Virus record (IMG/VR): IMGVR_UViG_3300025413_000008
Direction: 5' to 3' (one strand)
DNA length: 58,977 nucleotides
Source: a virus
Lineage: Duplodnaviria; Heunggongvirae; Uroviricota; Caudoviricetes
The notes under the pieces are model-generated. The model ran no database searches. It was not told where the DNA came from and was given only the letters and a program-made list of their open reading frames with translations. Of the stretch, positions 1 through 9,368 are shown piece by piece. Position numbers and translations under genes: made by a program. Position 1 is the stretch's first letter; each line of letters opens with the position of its first letter.

Positions 1-545
1 GAATTATATGTACCGGCTCCGCCAGTTCCTCCACCACCACCACCACCACCTGAGGATGAGGCGGCGCCGCCACCGTTAAACCCATTACCAAGCGAAGAAG
101 CTGCTGAGCCGCCACCGCCGTAATAAGATGTAGCGCCATTTCCTCCAGAATATGTTATGTTGCCTATACCGGATGATGCTTGTCCTCCAATGCCAGTCGA
201 TCCGCCCAATCCTCCTTTGGCAAGAGCACCCTGAGAAGTTGAAGTTGGTGCTGCATTTGTTGCTATATTAAGCCAAGTATCACCACCATTCCCGCCATAA
301 CTGTTGGTTCCACCACTACCTGCTGCTCCCACCGATATGTATACGGTGGTCGGGTATGAAATGGTCAGAGAGGAGGTTTGTGACCACGCGCCGCCTCCGC
401 CTGCCACAAAAAGGTTTGCATTCGCATCACTTCCTCCGCCACCACCACCAATACAAGTAACGGTAAATGGATAATTATACAGAAAATCAACTGGGATTGT
501 CCAAGTAGTTCCAGAAGTAATTAAAACCGTTTTTATAGTAGTCAT
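1..545 (-). CDS. Glycine-rich virion/fibre-associated protein (partial, runs off window start)
   Basis: Hand-translated; not in the ORF track. ATG at 545 just after the stop of the fibre gene: MTTIKTVLITSGTTWTIPVDF...VTCIGGGGGG...GGGGAWS...ISVGAAGSGG...GGNGGDTW, a typical phage glycine-rich domain. Open to position 1. Confidence 0.8.
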   Translation of the reverse strand, partial: MTTIKTVLITSGTTWTIPVDFLYNYPFTVTCIGGGGGGSDANANLFVAGGGGAWSQTSSLTISYPTTVYISVGAAGSGGTNSYGGNGGDTWLNIATNAAPTSTSQGALAKGGLGGSTGIGGQASSGIGNITYSGGNGATSYYGGGGSAASSLGNGFNGGGAASSSGGGGGGGGTGGAGTYN

Positions 546-546
546 T

Positions 547-3500
547 TTATTGTTCCGCTACTGCAATGACATCCCAACAAGCTGCCGAAATACTTACAAA
601 ACCACTTGTAGCTTGAGAAATACTAACCGTCCACGATGTGCCACTTCCGGCAGTTATTGTAGTGCCTGATGTTATGCCTGATCCGCTAAGAACCATACCG
701 ATGGCGATGGTTCCCGAATAAACAGTATTTACCGTTAATGCAGTGCCAGAAATGCTTCCAAAAAAATACGCACCAGTTGCATTATAAATACACGCCATAT
801 ACAAAACTTTTCCTGATACGGTGCTACTAGGGAATGATATTCCAATAGGACGGTATATACTTGCCCATGTCAGTGCTTGAGAAGTTAAGTTATCCGTGAA
901 ACGTAACATCAATTTCTGGCCATCTACTGGATTTCCGGATGGAGCGGCGATGGTTGCTGATGTAGCCAGTGCTGTTATATTGTATTGATTTGTGGTTCCT
1001 GCCGTAGGCGTAATCGTAGTGCCGGTGGTTGTGTTGGCAGTAGAAGTAACAAATAATCTACTCACCGATAATGAATCTACTCCTACTGCAAAATTGTTAG
1101 TAGTAGTTACATTCGTTCCGTTAACTGGATTAGAGAAATATGTTCCATATAAATTAGTGAATGTTACAGGATTTGATGCGTTTAATTGAGATTGACCAAA
1201 GTAATTAATATTTACATTAGAAGATGCTGTTCCGCTTGAGGTTGTATCAGTATAAGTGGCATTGTTTTGTGTTATTCCCACGCCGTTCGCATTGGTGCCA
1301 TACCAACTTGCTGCTGAAACATTATTTGGAATTATACGTATTGCGCCATTACCGTTAATAGTTGTATTGGCAGCAGCATTTCCTATGAATACTGATGAAG
1401 TAATTCTTGAATTTCCTGTGACATCCAAGGTATATGCTGGGCTAGTCTGGTTAATACCTACATAACCATTTGAAGCAATACGCATACGTTCATTGCTTGC
1501 TAACTGTCCTCCCGTAAAGAATATAACATTAGCGTTTCCTGCCGTGCCGATGCCTAAATTTGTATTACCTGTGTATACATAACCATCTGATGGTCCAGTA
1601 ACGGTCCATGATCCATTGCTCCAAGTATTACTTAGAATACCAATATCAATGAAATTATTACTTGAAGGTCCAGTAGTATCATAAATTGCAAAGTCGGCAG
1701 ATGTGTTCTGACTTACGTTTGAATTCCAAATATATACCTGCACATAATTTGCAAGGTTACCTTGAAACGCGCCTATTGCATTGTTTGGACTATCATAATA
1801 TAAACTTGTCGTTGCGTTTGGATTAGTGATCACGACTCCATTTGCAGACACATTGCTTGCTGATATCAGATTTCCTGTTGAAATATTTCCAGTAACAGTT
1901 AGGTTTGAAAGTGTTCCAACAGAGGTAATGTTTGGCTGCGCTGCATTTGTTACTGTATTTGCGGTGGATGCTGTGCCGATTAGGTTACCAGTAATAGTGC
2001 CACTTGGAACTATTATATTTCCAGCATTGATGTTTCCGGATGTAATTAAGTATGTTAATGTTCCAACAGAGGTAATGTTTGGCTGCGCCGCATTTGTTAC
2101 TGTATTTGCCGTAGATACGCCTGATCCACCTACCAATTGCTGTGCATATACTGCATAATTTGCATTTGCTACCGTTCCAATTACATTTGGTCCTGATAAT
2201 GAACTTAGATTTGCGCCGTTGCCAGTAATGTTACCCGTTACCGTAAGAGTGGATAACGTTCCAACGGAAGTAATATTTGGTTGAGCATTTGTTGTTAGTG
2301 TTCCAGTCAACAAACTACCAATAACACTACCACTTGGTGCAGATATATTTCCGGAATTGATGTTGCCGGAAACAATCAATGAAGATAGTGTTCCTGTTTG
2401 TGTAATATTTGCCTGAGTTGCACTTGAAATATTTCCGGTTAGATTTCCGGCTGGAAGATTTGTTAATGCCGTTCCGCTACCAAATACGCTAGTAAATACA
2501 CCATTACCCCCACTGATATTACCGGTGACACTAAGTGCATTTGTTGTCTTATTGAAGGTTAATCCCGGCTGTGCTGCAAAGTTTCCACTATCATTGAACA
2601 GAACCTGAGTATTTGACCCCGGTGCAATAGTCAATGCGGTAGTGCTTAACCAATTTACTCCACCTGATCCGTTAGAAACAAGCACTTGGTTTACAGTTCC
2701 ACCAGTAATGACAATGTTACTAGTTGGACCCAAATTAGCAACGCCTGCCATATTCAGACTAGTCAAATTGCCAAGGGATGTGATATTTGGCTGTGCAGAA
2801 GTAACAATATTACCTGCCAATGTAGTTGCCGTAAAGTTACCATTTAATATTGCGCCAGTTCCTATCACTGATAGGACATTTGCATTTCCAGAAACACTGA
2901 TATTGACATTTCCATTTAATGGAATATTAACATTAGAACTTCCGTTGATGATAGTAGAACCAGCAGCAACTGTAATACCTGTTAATTGACTACCATTACC
3001 AATAATATATGTAGCATTAACATTTCCTGTAGTGGTTAAATTTCCAGCAGCAATATTTCCTGAGACGGCTAAATTAGAAAGAGTTCCTACAGATGTGATA
3101 TTTGGTTGTGCTGCATTTGTTACTGTTCCGGCATTTGATGCTGATCCGCTCAGTGCGCCAACAAATGTAGTTGCAGTAATTGCGCCATTTGCTAAGTTTG
3201 CACTAAATGATGGATTTGATGTGTGTGCATAATTTCCGGTAGTATTTCCGCTCACAAAAGTAGGGTAATAGATTCCGGTTGATTGAGTCGTTACCGTAGT
3301 ATTTACTGCATTGGATGCCGTGGTTGCTGTCCCACTCAATCCTCCTACAAATGTTGCGGCAGTAATTGAGTTGTTTGATAAATTTGCGGAAATCCCCGAA
3401 GTGGTTACTGCACTATAGTAACCATTACCTATTGTGGTAACAAATGCTGGATACACGTTGGTTGCGGATGAAGAATTGGTAAGTAAGGTATTGGCAGCAT

Positions 3501-4788
3501 TCGCATTTGAAACTGGACCAGTAATGTTTGCGGCGGTGAGTGAACTTAGACCAGAACCATTACCAAAGAAGTTTCCGTTGACATTTGCTGCCGAGATGTT
3601 ACCTGTGACAGCGAGTGAAGTTAGTGTTCCAACAGATGTAATGTTCGGCTGAGCATTTGTTGTTACGGTTCCTGCGGTTGTTGCAGAGGTTGCCGAACCC
3701 GCATTTGTTGCATATGTTGCGTTTGCGACGTTTCCCGTTACGTTTGCTGCATTAATTGATGAAATGGCCGCACCGTTCCCGAACAGATTAGCGGTAACAT
3801 TTGCCGCTGACACGTTTCCAGTAACATTGAGAGAACCCAAAGTTCCAATAGATGTGATGTTTGGCTGTGCTGATGTTGTTAACGTTCCTGCTACACTTGT
3901 AAATGCAGCATTATTTGCACCAATATTACCTACGTTTGCATTTCCTGTAGCGTTTAGTGTTCCTGCTACATTAATTCCAGTCGCAGTTATTACCACCACA
4001 TTAGATGTGCCGCCAACTGAAGCACTTATGTTTCCATTTGTTGATGTGACATTAACATTTGATGTGCCGTTTGCGATGTATGGGCTTGCGACGGCAATTA
4101 CTCCAGTTAATTGACTACCATTACCAATAAAATATTGTGCTTTAATGTTTGCCGTGTTAGCGCAGATATTTCCAGTAGAATTTATTACATTAGCATTTAC
4201 TATGTTTGCAGCAATAGTTCCAGAATTTGCATAAATGTTTCCGGAAGTAATCGTATTTGATACCGACACATTAGTTGTAAATGCGCCTGTTGATGCTCCT
4301 ATATTACCTACGTTTGCATTTCCAGTAACTAACAACACTCCTGATGTTGTTAAATTGCCGCCAGTGATATTTCCCGAAACACCTAAAATGTTGCCATTAA
4401 TTCTGTTCCCAGTGATATTTCCTGAATTGGCTGTTAGATTACCAATGGCATTAATATCGGTAACTGTGTTTATTATTGATGGCAAATCAACAAAAAGAAC
4501 TTGGGATGAATCATTTATTGACGTAAATTGTGAGCCATTAGAGCCGCGACCGATGCTTAATGTGGTTGTTTGAACTTGAACTTGAGCAAGGTTCGCAGTA
4601 ATAAGCACATTTCCAGTAGGTGAATTGATTGAAATTCCTGGACCCGCTGCGATACTAAGAACTGCCTCGGACTTAAGACTATTGAATAACTGACTAAAGT
4701 TATTCTGAGTTTTTTGAAATGCAGTTCTGATTGCATCTGCGCTTGGATCGTCCGGGAAAGTTCCGAAATCTATATTCTGCTGGCTAAT
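547..4788 (-). CDS. Long tail fibre/baseplate-attached fibre protein (~1413 aa, proposed ATT start)
   Basis: Track ORF 547..4608 extends in frame without stops to ATT at 4788, which lies 7 nt after AGGAG. The added N-terminus SQQNIDFGTFPDDPSADAIRTAFQKTQNNFSQLF resembles the gp9/gp10-type fibre attachment motif. Body has many AQPNITSVGTL repeats and an ERMRI...GYVGI...P...LDVTG fibre motif. Confidence 0.75.
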   Translation of the reverse strand: MSQQNIDFGTFPDDPSADAIRTAFQKTQNNFSQLFNSLKSEAVLSIAAGPGISINSPTGNVLITANLAQVQVQTTTLSIGRGSNGSQFTSINDSSQVLFVDLPSIINTVTDINAIGNLTANSGNITGNRINGNILGVSGNITGGNLTTSGVLLVTGNANVGNIGASTGAFTTNVSVSNTITSGNIYANSGTIAANIVNANVINSTGNICANTANIKAQYFIGNGSQLTGVIAVASPYIANGTSNVNVTSTNGNISASVGGTSNVVVITATGINVAGTLNATGNANVGNIGANNAAFTSVAGTLTTSAQPNITSIGTLGSLNVTGNVSAANVTANLFGNGAAISSINAANVTGNVANATYATNAGSATSATTAGTVTTNAQPNITSVGTLTSLAVTGNISAANVNGNFFGNGSGLSSLTAANITGPVSNANAANTLLTNSSSATNVYPAFVTTIGNGYYSAVTTSGISANLSNNSITAATFVGGLSGTATTASNAVNTTVTTQSTGIYYPTFVSGNTTGNYAHTSNPSFSANLANGAITATTFVGALSGSASNAGTVTNAAQPNITSVGTLSNLAVSGNIAAGNLTTTGNVNATYIIGNGSQLTGITVAAGSTIINGSSNVNIPLNGNVNISVSGNANVLSVIGTGAILNGNFTATTLAGNIVTSAQPNITSLGNLTSLNMAGVANLGPTSNIVITGGTVNQVLVSNGSGGVNWLSTTALTIAPGSNTQVLFNDSGNFAAQPGLTFNKTTNALSVTGNISGGNGVFTSVFGSGTALTNLPAGNLTGNISSATQANITQTGTLSSLIVSGNINSGNISAPSGSVIGSLLTGTLTTNAQPNITSVGTLSTLTVTGNITGNGANLSSLSGPNVIGTVANANYAVYAQQLVGGSGVSTANTVTNAAQPNITSVGTLTYLITSGNINAGNIIVPSGTITGNLIGTASTANTVTNAAQPNITSVGTLSNLTVTGNISTGNLISASNVSANGVVITNPNATTSLYYDSPNNAIGAFQGNLANYVQVYIWNSNVSQNTSADFAIYDTTGPSSNNFIDIGILSNTWSNGSWTVTGPSDGYVYTGNTNLGIGTAGNANVIFFTGGQLASNERMRIASNGYVGINQTSPAYTLDVTGNSRITSSVFIGNAAANTTINGNGAIRIIPNNVSAASWYGTNANGVGITQNNATYTDTTSSGTASSNVNINYFGQSQLNASNPVTFTNLYGTYFSNPVNGTNVTTTNNFAVGVDSLSVSRLFVTSTANTTTGTTITPTAGTTNQYNITALATSATIAAPSGNPVDGQKLMLRFTDNLTSQALTWASIYRPIGISFPSSTVSGKVLYMACIYNATGAYFFGSISGTALTVNTVYSGTIAIGMVLSGSGITSGTTITAGSGTSWTVSISQATSGFVSISAACWDVIAVAEQ

Positions 4789-4841
4789 GGGATATCTCCT
4801 GAGTATACTGTATGAGTATTTATCTTTGGAGACAGAAACAG

Positions 4842-4869
4842 AAATAGCCGGAACTAAGTCCGACTATTT
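4842..4869 (-). terminator. Probable intrinsic terminator after 798-aa gene
   Basis: Minus strand AATAGTCGGA-cttagt-TCCGGCTATT followed by T-rich TCTGTTTCTG. Confidence 0.5.
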
Positions 4870-4894
4870 CATTGATTAAGGTATTAGGTGGTAG

Positions 4895-7291
4895 TTACTT
4901 TCTAATACCTGCCAATTTCATCCAGTCACTCACTGACTCATTGATGTCTTTAGTGTTGTGTGAATGCATACGGTCATTTTGTCCTGCGATTACCGGAACA
5001 GTAGTTTGACCAGTTGATTTCTGCTTGTTTAGACCACCAGAGATGATTTTAGTCATGAAATCAATATCGGCTTCCCAATCTTCGTCATTGTTTTGACCTG
5101 CATTGTTTGCCCATTCATTGAGACTTTCTTCATCATCATCTTCTTCCTCATCGCACTCACATGGCTCAGAATGACAATCTTCACATTCTTTGTCTTCCTC
5201 AACTTCCTGTGGACCATTTTCTTCATGCTGTGACGCATCATAGTTTGCGGCTGCTGCATTTGCCGAATTGTTGCCCTTTGTAGCATTCTGTGAGTTTGCT
5301 GAACCGTTATCAGAAGGATTCTGTGGCTGAGCATTGCTCTGACCTTGTTGGTTCTGTGGTTCTTCTTCATCTTCAGCCATATTGTATGTCATCTGATCTT
5401 CTGATTCAACTTCATCCAGCTTGTCTTCTTCGCACTGACAGTGTGAAACGGGTTCACCACAGTTTTCACATTCAGCATCTTCATCTTCATAATCGTGATG
5501 ATCTGAATCACCTTGGATGCCGGAAAGTTTCTTCATCAGCCCAAGCATACCTTCATTGTCATCTACAACCTCAATATCGCCCGGTGTATTGGTTTCGCTA
5601 GATGGTGCTTGGATGCTAAAGCCCCTTGGTTCTCCGCCAAGCTCTTCGTGACTTTCGCCACCAAAGATTCCTAATCCAGCCTGCTTGATAAGCGAGATAA
5701 CTTGATCTGCCTCAGAATCAGTTGCATTAATATTTACTGAATCTGGTGAACCCTGTTGACCTTTAGAGATAGAAATAGTCATGCCTTCGTTAAGTGACTT
5801 TTTACTTGACTTTTTACCTTCGTTGATTTGCTTACCTTCATTGATTAAGTTTTCAAGGTTTTTATTCCAAGATTCAAATGCAAAATCATTTTCACCAAGG
5901 TGTGCACTATAATCAGAATTATCAGTGTAAGTTTTCCCGCCTACTGTAAACTTACCACCCTTTGGTGTTTTTGCAAGTGCGGCAGTGAAGGCATTGCCTT
6001 CTTCCATGTCGCCATACATTTCATCAAGTGTGCCAGTATATGGATCACGAATAGCCTGATCTGCCATACCATGTGTAGTTGCTGGCATATGAGGAGTCGC
6101 CATGCCGTAGCATTCGTCCATCATACCATAACATTCATCAAGACCTTCTTTATAGCCATCGTGATATGCTCTGCATTCTTCCATGTCGTCATAATTTTTA
6201 CCGGCATAAGAGTGACCCTTAAGCCCATGTGACTTACCCTCAAGACGGGCTGCTCTGATACGGTTACTCATATTTTCCTTTACTGCCTTTTTCTTTTTGT
6301 CTGATGTGGCTTTTTTCATTGACTCTTTCTTATCGCCATCTTTGTCTAAATCAAGGAAGTCTGGCTTAGCTTTTTTAGCTTCTGTCACTTCTTTTACTCT
6401 TGCATATGCAGGGGCTTTTGATTTAGGGTATTTTTTACCAATTAAATCTTTATAATTTTCTCTGTTAAAAGCATTGTCAACAACTTCGACCTGTGGTTCT
6501 TTTCCTTCAAGAGTAGTTCTACTTCTACCTGCTCCTAATGCTGCTCCCTGCGTATCAACACCTGCTACTGATGGGATATCTGCTTCCTTGACAGATTTTT
6601 CCTCAAGTTTACCTTGCTTAGCCAACTTAGCACGAACCGCGCCTGCAACACGCTCGCCCGCTGCTTTGGAGCCATATTCCTTAGCAGCCTTTTTAGCAAT
6701 CTTGGCAAAGTTCTTACCCGGCTTGCCCTCATCACGTTCAGCAAGTTTTTTATCTTGCATTTTCATCTTATGTGCGCGATCACGCTCTTGTGCCGCGATA
6801 TTTTTCATGCCATCTGCTTGTCTGCGCATATTTTTCTTTACGACCGGAACTTCATCATCTTCACTCATCGGTTGCTGACTCTGAGTTGAACTGGTTGGCA
6901 TAGTTGATTTGGTAGCGCCGCCTTGATTCTGTTGATTCTGTTGACCTTGCTGATTCTGTTGTCCGGGTTGAGTAGGAACAACAATCTGTGCTTGCTGTGG
7001 GGTCAATGAACTCAATGCAGTCTGCAATGCTTTACCAGTTGGTGATTGGTCAGTAATGTTAATAAAACCAGCACCAGTTTGTGTTTGGTCGCCCTGCTTT
7101 CCTACAACGGGAATTGGCTTCTGACCCGGAGCAAGTGCTTCATCTAATTGCTTGAACATATCTTTCAATGACATTTCTTTAGGATCAGTCTTGACTGCAG
7201 GAGCAGATTCATTTAGAACCTTTTTCTTTTTCGGAGCAGTTTTTTTAGCAGATGCTTCTAACTGGCTCATCTTGTCTAATAAGTCTTTCAT
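4895..7291 (-). CDS. Large low-complexity putative prohead core/internal head protein
   Basis: 798 aa with Gln-, Lys- and acid-rich blocks, a KPDFLDLDKDGDKKE motif, many (I/L/V)xE sites and C-terminal WMKLAGIRK. Lies in a late-promoter block. Confidence 0.5.
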   Translation of the reverse strand: MKDLLDKMSQLEASAKKTAPKKKKVLNESAPAVKTDPKEMSLKDMFKQLDEALAPGQKPIPVVGKQGDQTQTGAGFINITDQSPTGKALQTALSSLTPQQAQIVVPTQPGQQNQQGQQNQQNQGGATKSTMPTSSTQSQQPMSEDDEVPVVKKNMRRQADGMKNIAAQERDRAHKMKMQDKKLAERDEGKPGKNFAKIAKKAAKEYGSKAAGERVAGAVRAKLAKQGKLEEKSVKEADIPSVAGVDTQGAALGAGRSRTTLEGKEPQVEVVDNAFNRENYKDLIGKKYPKSKAPAYARVKEVTEAKKAKPDFLDLDKDGDKKESMKKATSDKKKKAVKENMSNRIRAARLEGKSHGLKGHSYAGKNYDDMEECRAYHDGYKEGLDECYGMMDECYGMATPHMPATTHGMADQAIRDPYTGTLDEMYGDMEEGNAFTAALAKTPKGGKFTVGGKTYTDNSDYSAHLGENDFAFESWNKNLENLINEGKQINEGKKSSKKSLNEGMTISISKGQQGSPDSVNINATDSEADQVISLIKQAGLGIFGGESHEELGGEPRGFSIQAPSSETNTPGDIEVVDDNEGMLGLMKKLSGIQGDSDHHDYEDEDAECENCGEPVSHCQCEEDKLDEVESEDQMTYNMAEDEEEPQNQQGQSNAQPQNPSDNGSANSQNATKGNNSANAAAANYDASQHEENGPQEVEEDKECEDCHSEPCECDEEEDDDEESLNEWANNAGQNNDEDWEADIDFMTKIISGGLNKQKSTGQTTVPVIAGQNDRMHSHNTKDINESVSDWMKLAGIRK

Positions 7292-7294
7292 ATA

Positions 7295-7921
7295 TTATCC
7301 TTTATGTGCGCCAGTTTGTGGCTTTGCGGGTCTGGTAATGTGTGACATTGGACTATTTTTTCCATGTGGATCATTGTCCAAATACGGCTTGAATGGATCA
7401 AATGCATCAGGAGTTTTTTTGCCATCATAAACATATTGAATTTTGTCATCTTTGGCTTGATCTTTAATGCTTTCAAGATATGAACCGCCATATGCTTTTG
7501 CAGCAGCCTTGGCATCCTTTTCTTCTTCCATTTCTTCATGAGTAAGAACAGGGCTATGTTTCATTTGGTTAGCATAGCTATCCATTTCATCGTTAATGCT
7601 ATCATCATATGATGTTTTGACGACACGAACCATATCTACATTGTAGCCAAGTAATTGTGCAATTTGTTGAATCATAGGTTCAGTGGCAGGATATCTAAAC
7701 ACACACTTTATAATCGTAATGGATTCATTCTCCAAATTGGGAAACCCATAAGGGTCTTTTTGGATTGGAGTTGATTTTGGTTCAGATATTTCAACGGGAT
7801 CAAACTTTTTTAGATTGAACGTGAACATATCAAGAAAGTTTTTATCAACGTTTCCTGCGATTTTAATCGTGTATGCATAAGTTCTTACACTTTCTGCAAT
7901 GAAATGTTTCAGGCTTTTCAT
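7295..7921 (-). CDS. Putative internal head protein
   Basis: 208 aa. N-terminus MKSLKHFIAE resembles the T4 capsid-targeting sequence MKTYQEFIAE. Late promoter at 7949-7955. Confidence 0.55.
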   Translation of the reverse strand: MKSLKHFIAESVRTYAYTIKIAGNVDKNFLDMFTFNLKKFDPVEISEPKSTPIQKDPYGFPNLENESITIIKCVFRYPATEPMIQQIAQLLGYNVDMVRVVKTSYDDSINDEMDSYANQMKHSPVLTHEEMEEEKDAKAAAKAYGGSYLESIKDQAKDDKIQYVYDGKKTPDAFDPFKPYLDNDPHGKNSPMSHITRPAKPQTGAHKG

Positions 7922-7954
7922 AGGTATCCTTGCAATTGCTTTATATTATATTTA

Positions 7955-8437
7955 TCATTGATCATTATTTTTGTTACTCAACATTCTGAGTAGCTCATTA
8001 CGATCAAACGACTGTCCTTCGCCTAAGGGAGTAGATTCAATTTGTTCCGTCTTAGCTGCATTTTTAGCATCTAATGCTGCTTTCTTTAGCTGCATGTCAA
8101 GCATTTTGAGTTTCTTATTAATTTTCGCAGTCTTTGCCGTGATCGCATGTCCGAGAAATCCGCTTGCTGCGCTGAATATTTCTGCACTAAATCTGGAATC
8201 AACTTGCATTCCTAAATCAACAAGGTCTTTATAACTATTTGTTGCTAAAGCTGCGAGTTCATCCATTTCTTCATCGGCGGCTTCAAGTCCCTTGACTTGA
8301 GGTAGAGCGTTATCAATCTTTTCAAGAGTGCTTGCTGCTTCTGTGGTGATGTCGTGTACATGTTCAAGAATTGGGTGAGTGAGTTCATTTTCCTCACTGG
8401 TTGCCAATTCAAACAGTTCTTCCAGTTTGCGACTAAT
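7955..8437 (-). CDS. Helical late protein, possible terminase small subunit (proposed ATT start)
   Basis: Track ORF extends to ATT at 8437 (SRKLEELFEL), 7 nt after GGAG. Coiled-coil core of TerS-like size next to gp4. Function is inferred only. Confidence 0.45.
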   Translation of the reverse strand: MSRKLEELFELATSEENELTHPILEHVHDITTEAASTLEKIDNALPQVKGLEAADEEMDELAALATNSYKDLVDLGMQVDSRFSAEIFSAASGFLGHAITAKTAKINKKLKMLDMQLKKAALDAKNAAKTEQIESTPLGEGQSFDRNELLRMLSNKNNDQ

Positions 8438-8489
8438 AGTAATTCTCCATTATTATGGAGTATTTAGTATAGAATTAAACAAGTCTGAC

Positions 8490-8933
8490 TTATCTTTTGT
8501 TCTTTGGATCGCCGTTATAAAACAGATCATCTTCAGTTATTACACGAAATGCAAAGCCCTGTGATTTGCAGTATTTGGTTGCTGCTGACCATTTAGCCCT
8601 ATTGACAACAACTACCATTTTGTTTGCAGCAGATGCCTTACTTTCAATTATACTTTGCTTTTTTGGTTTGATTTCAACTACTTCTGCTATTGTTTTGCCA
8701 AATTTATTCTTATACACGACAAAAAAATCGGGAATGTATATAGTAGGTTTTCCGGTAAAGGGGTGTTTGTATGGAATTTTAAGCGATTCACTGGCCCAAT
8801 GTAAAATATTTTCATTATTATCGAGAAAGACCATGAATGACATTTCCCATCCTGACCTATAGCGCGGTGCGCGATTACCTAAATATTTTTGTGGATTTTT
8901 TACGGTGTAAATGCCCTGCGCATACTTAGCCAT
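8490..8933 (-). CDS. gp4: Head completion nuclease, T4 gp4-like (TnsA-type PD-(D/E)xK)
   Basis: Motifs YRSGWE..FM, W.SE...IPY, YIPDFFV, EIKPK, N.AKW.AA...C, F.VITEDDL. Confidence 0.88.
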   Translation of the reverse strand: MAKYAQGIYTVKNPQKYLGNRAPRYRSGWEMSFMVFLDNNENILHWASESLKIPYKHPFTGKPTIYIPDFFVVYKNKFGKTIAEVVEIKPKKQSIIESKASAANKMVVVVNRAKWSAATKYCKSQGFAFRVITEDDLFYNGDPKNKR

Positions 8934-8982
8934 TATAACGCTCCATACACATACTTCCCATTATTAATATATTATTTAGGTT

Positions 8983-9336
8983 TTAATTTATGATGTTTCT
9001 CTGCACTGCTTGGTTTGGGTGAGGAACATTACTGATTCCATACATTGATGCTTTGGATTTAAATGTATTTAAGTAATAACAAATCAATGAATTCATCTGT
9101 AAAGTGTCGTTTGCACCTTTAATAATTTGCAAAAGTTCTATGACATTATACCCCCCTTGCTGTGCTATATTAAATAATATAGCAGCATAATTTCCAGCAA
9201 TGGTACGGTTATCAGATACTCCGTAGAAATATGAATATACGACATCATAATCTGACGCATTTACTACAGCATTCATGTTATAGAAACTATCATATATCAA
9301 TACAGTTTGGTCGGGACGATATGTAATTGTAGCCAT
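8983..9336 (-). CDS. Hypothetical late protein
   Basis: 117-aa ORF with ATAAATA 5 nt upstream of the ATG. Confidence 0.65.
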   Translation of the reverse strand: MATITYRPDQTVLIYDSFYNMNAVVNASDYDVVYSYFYGVSDNRTIAGNYAAILFNIAQQGGYNVIELLQIIKGANDTLQMNSLICYYLNTFKSKASMYGISNVPHPNQAVQRNIIN

Positions 9337-9368
9337 ATTATTATTTATTCTTTAAAGAATGTTGCAAG

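Noticed and set aside
8433-8450. Five-codon uORF ATG GAG AAT TAC TAT TAG over the RBS
   Set aside because: It is too short to support and has no RBS of its own; likely incidental to the ATGGAG hairpin arm.
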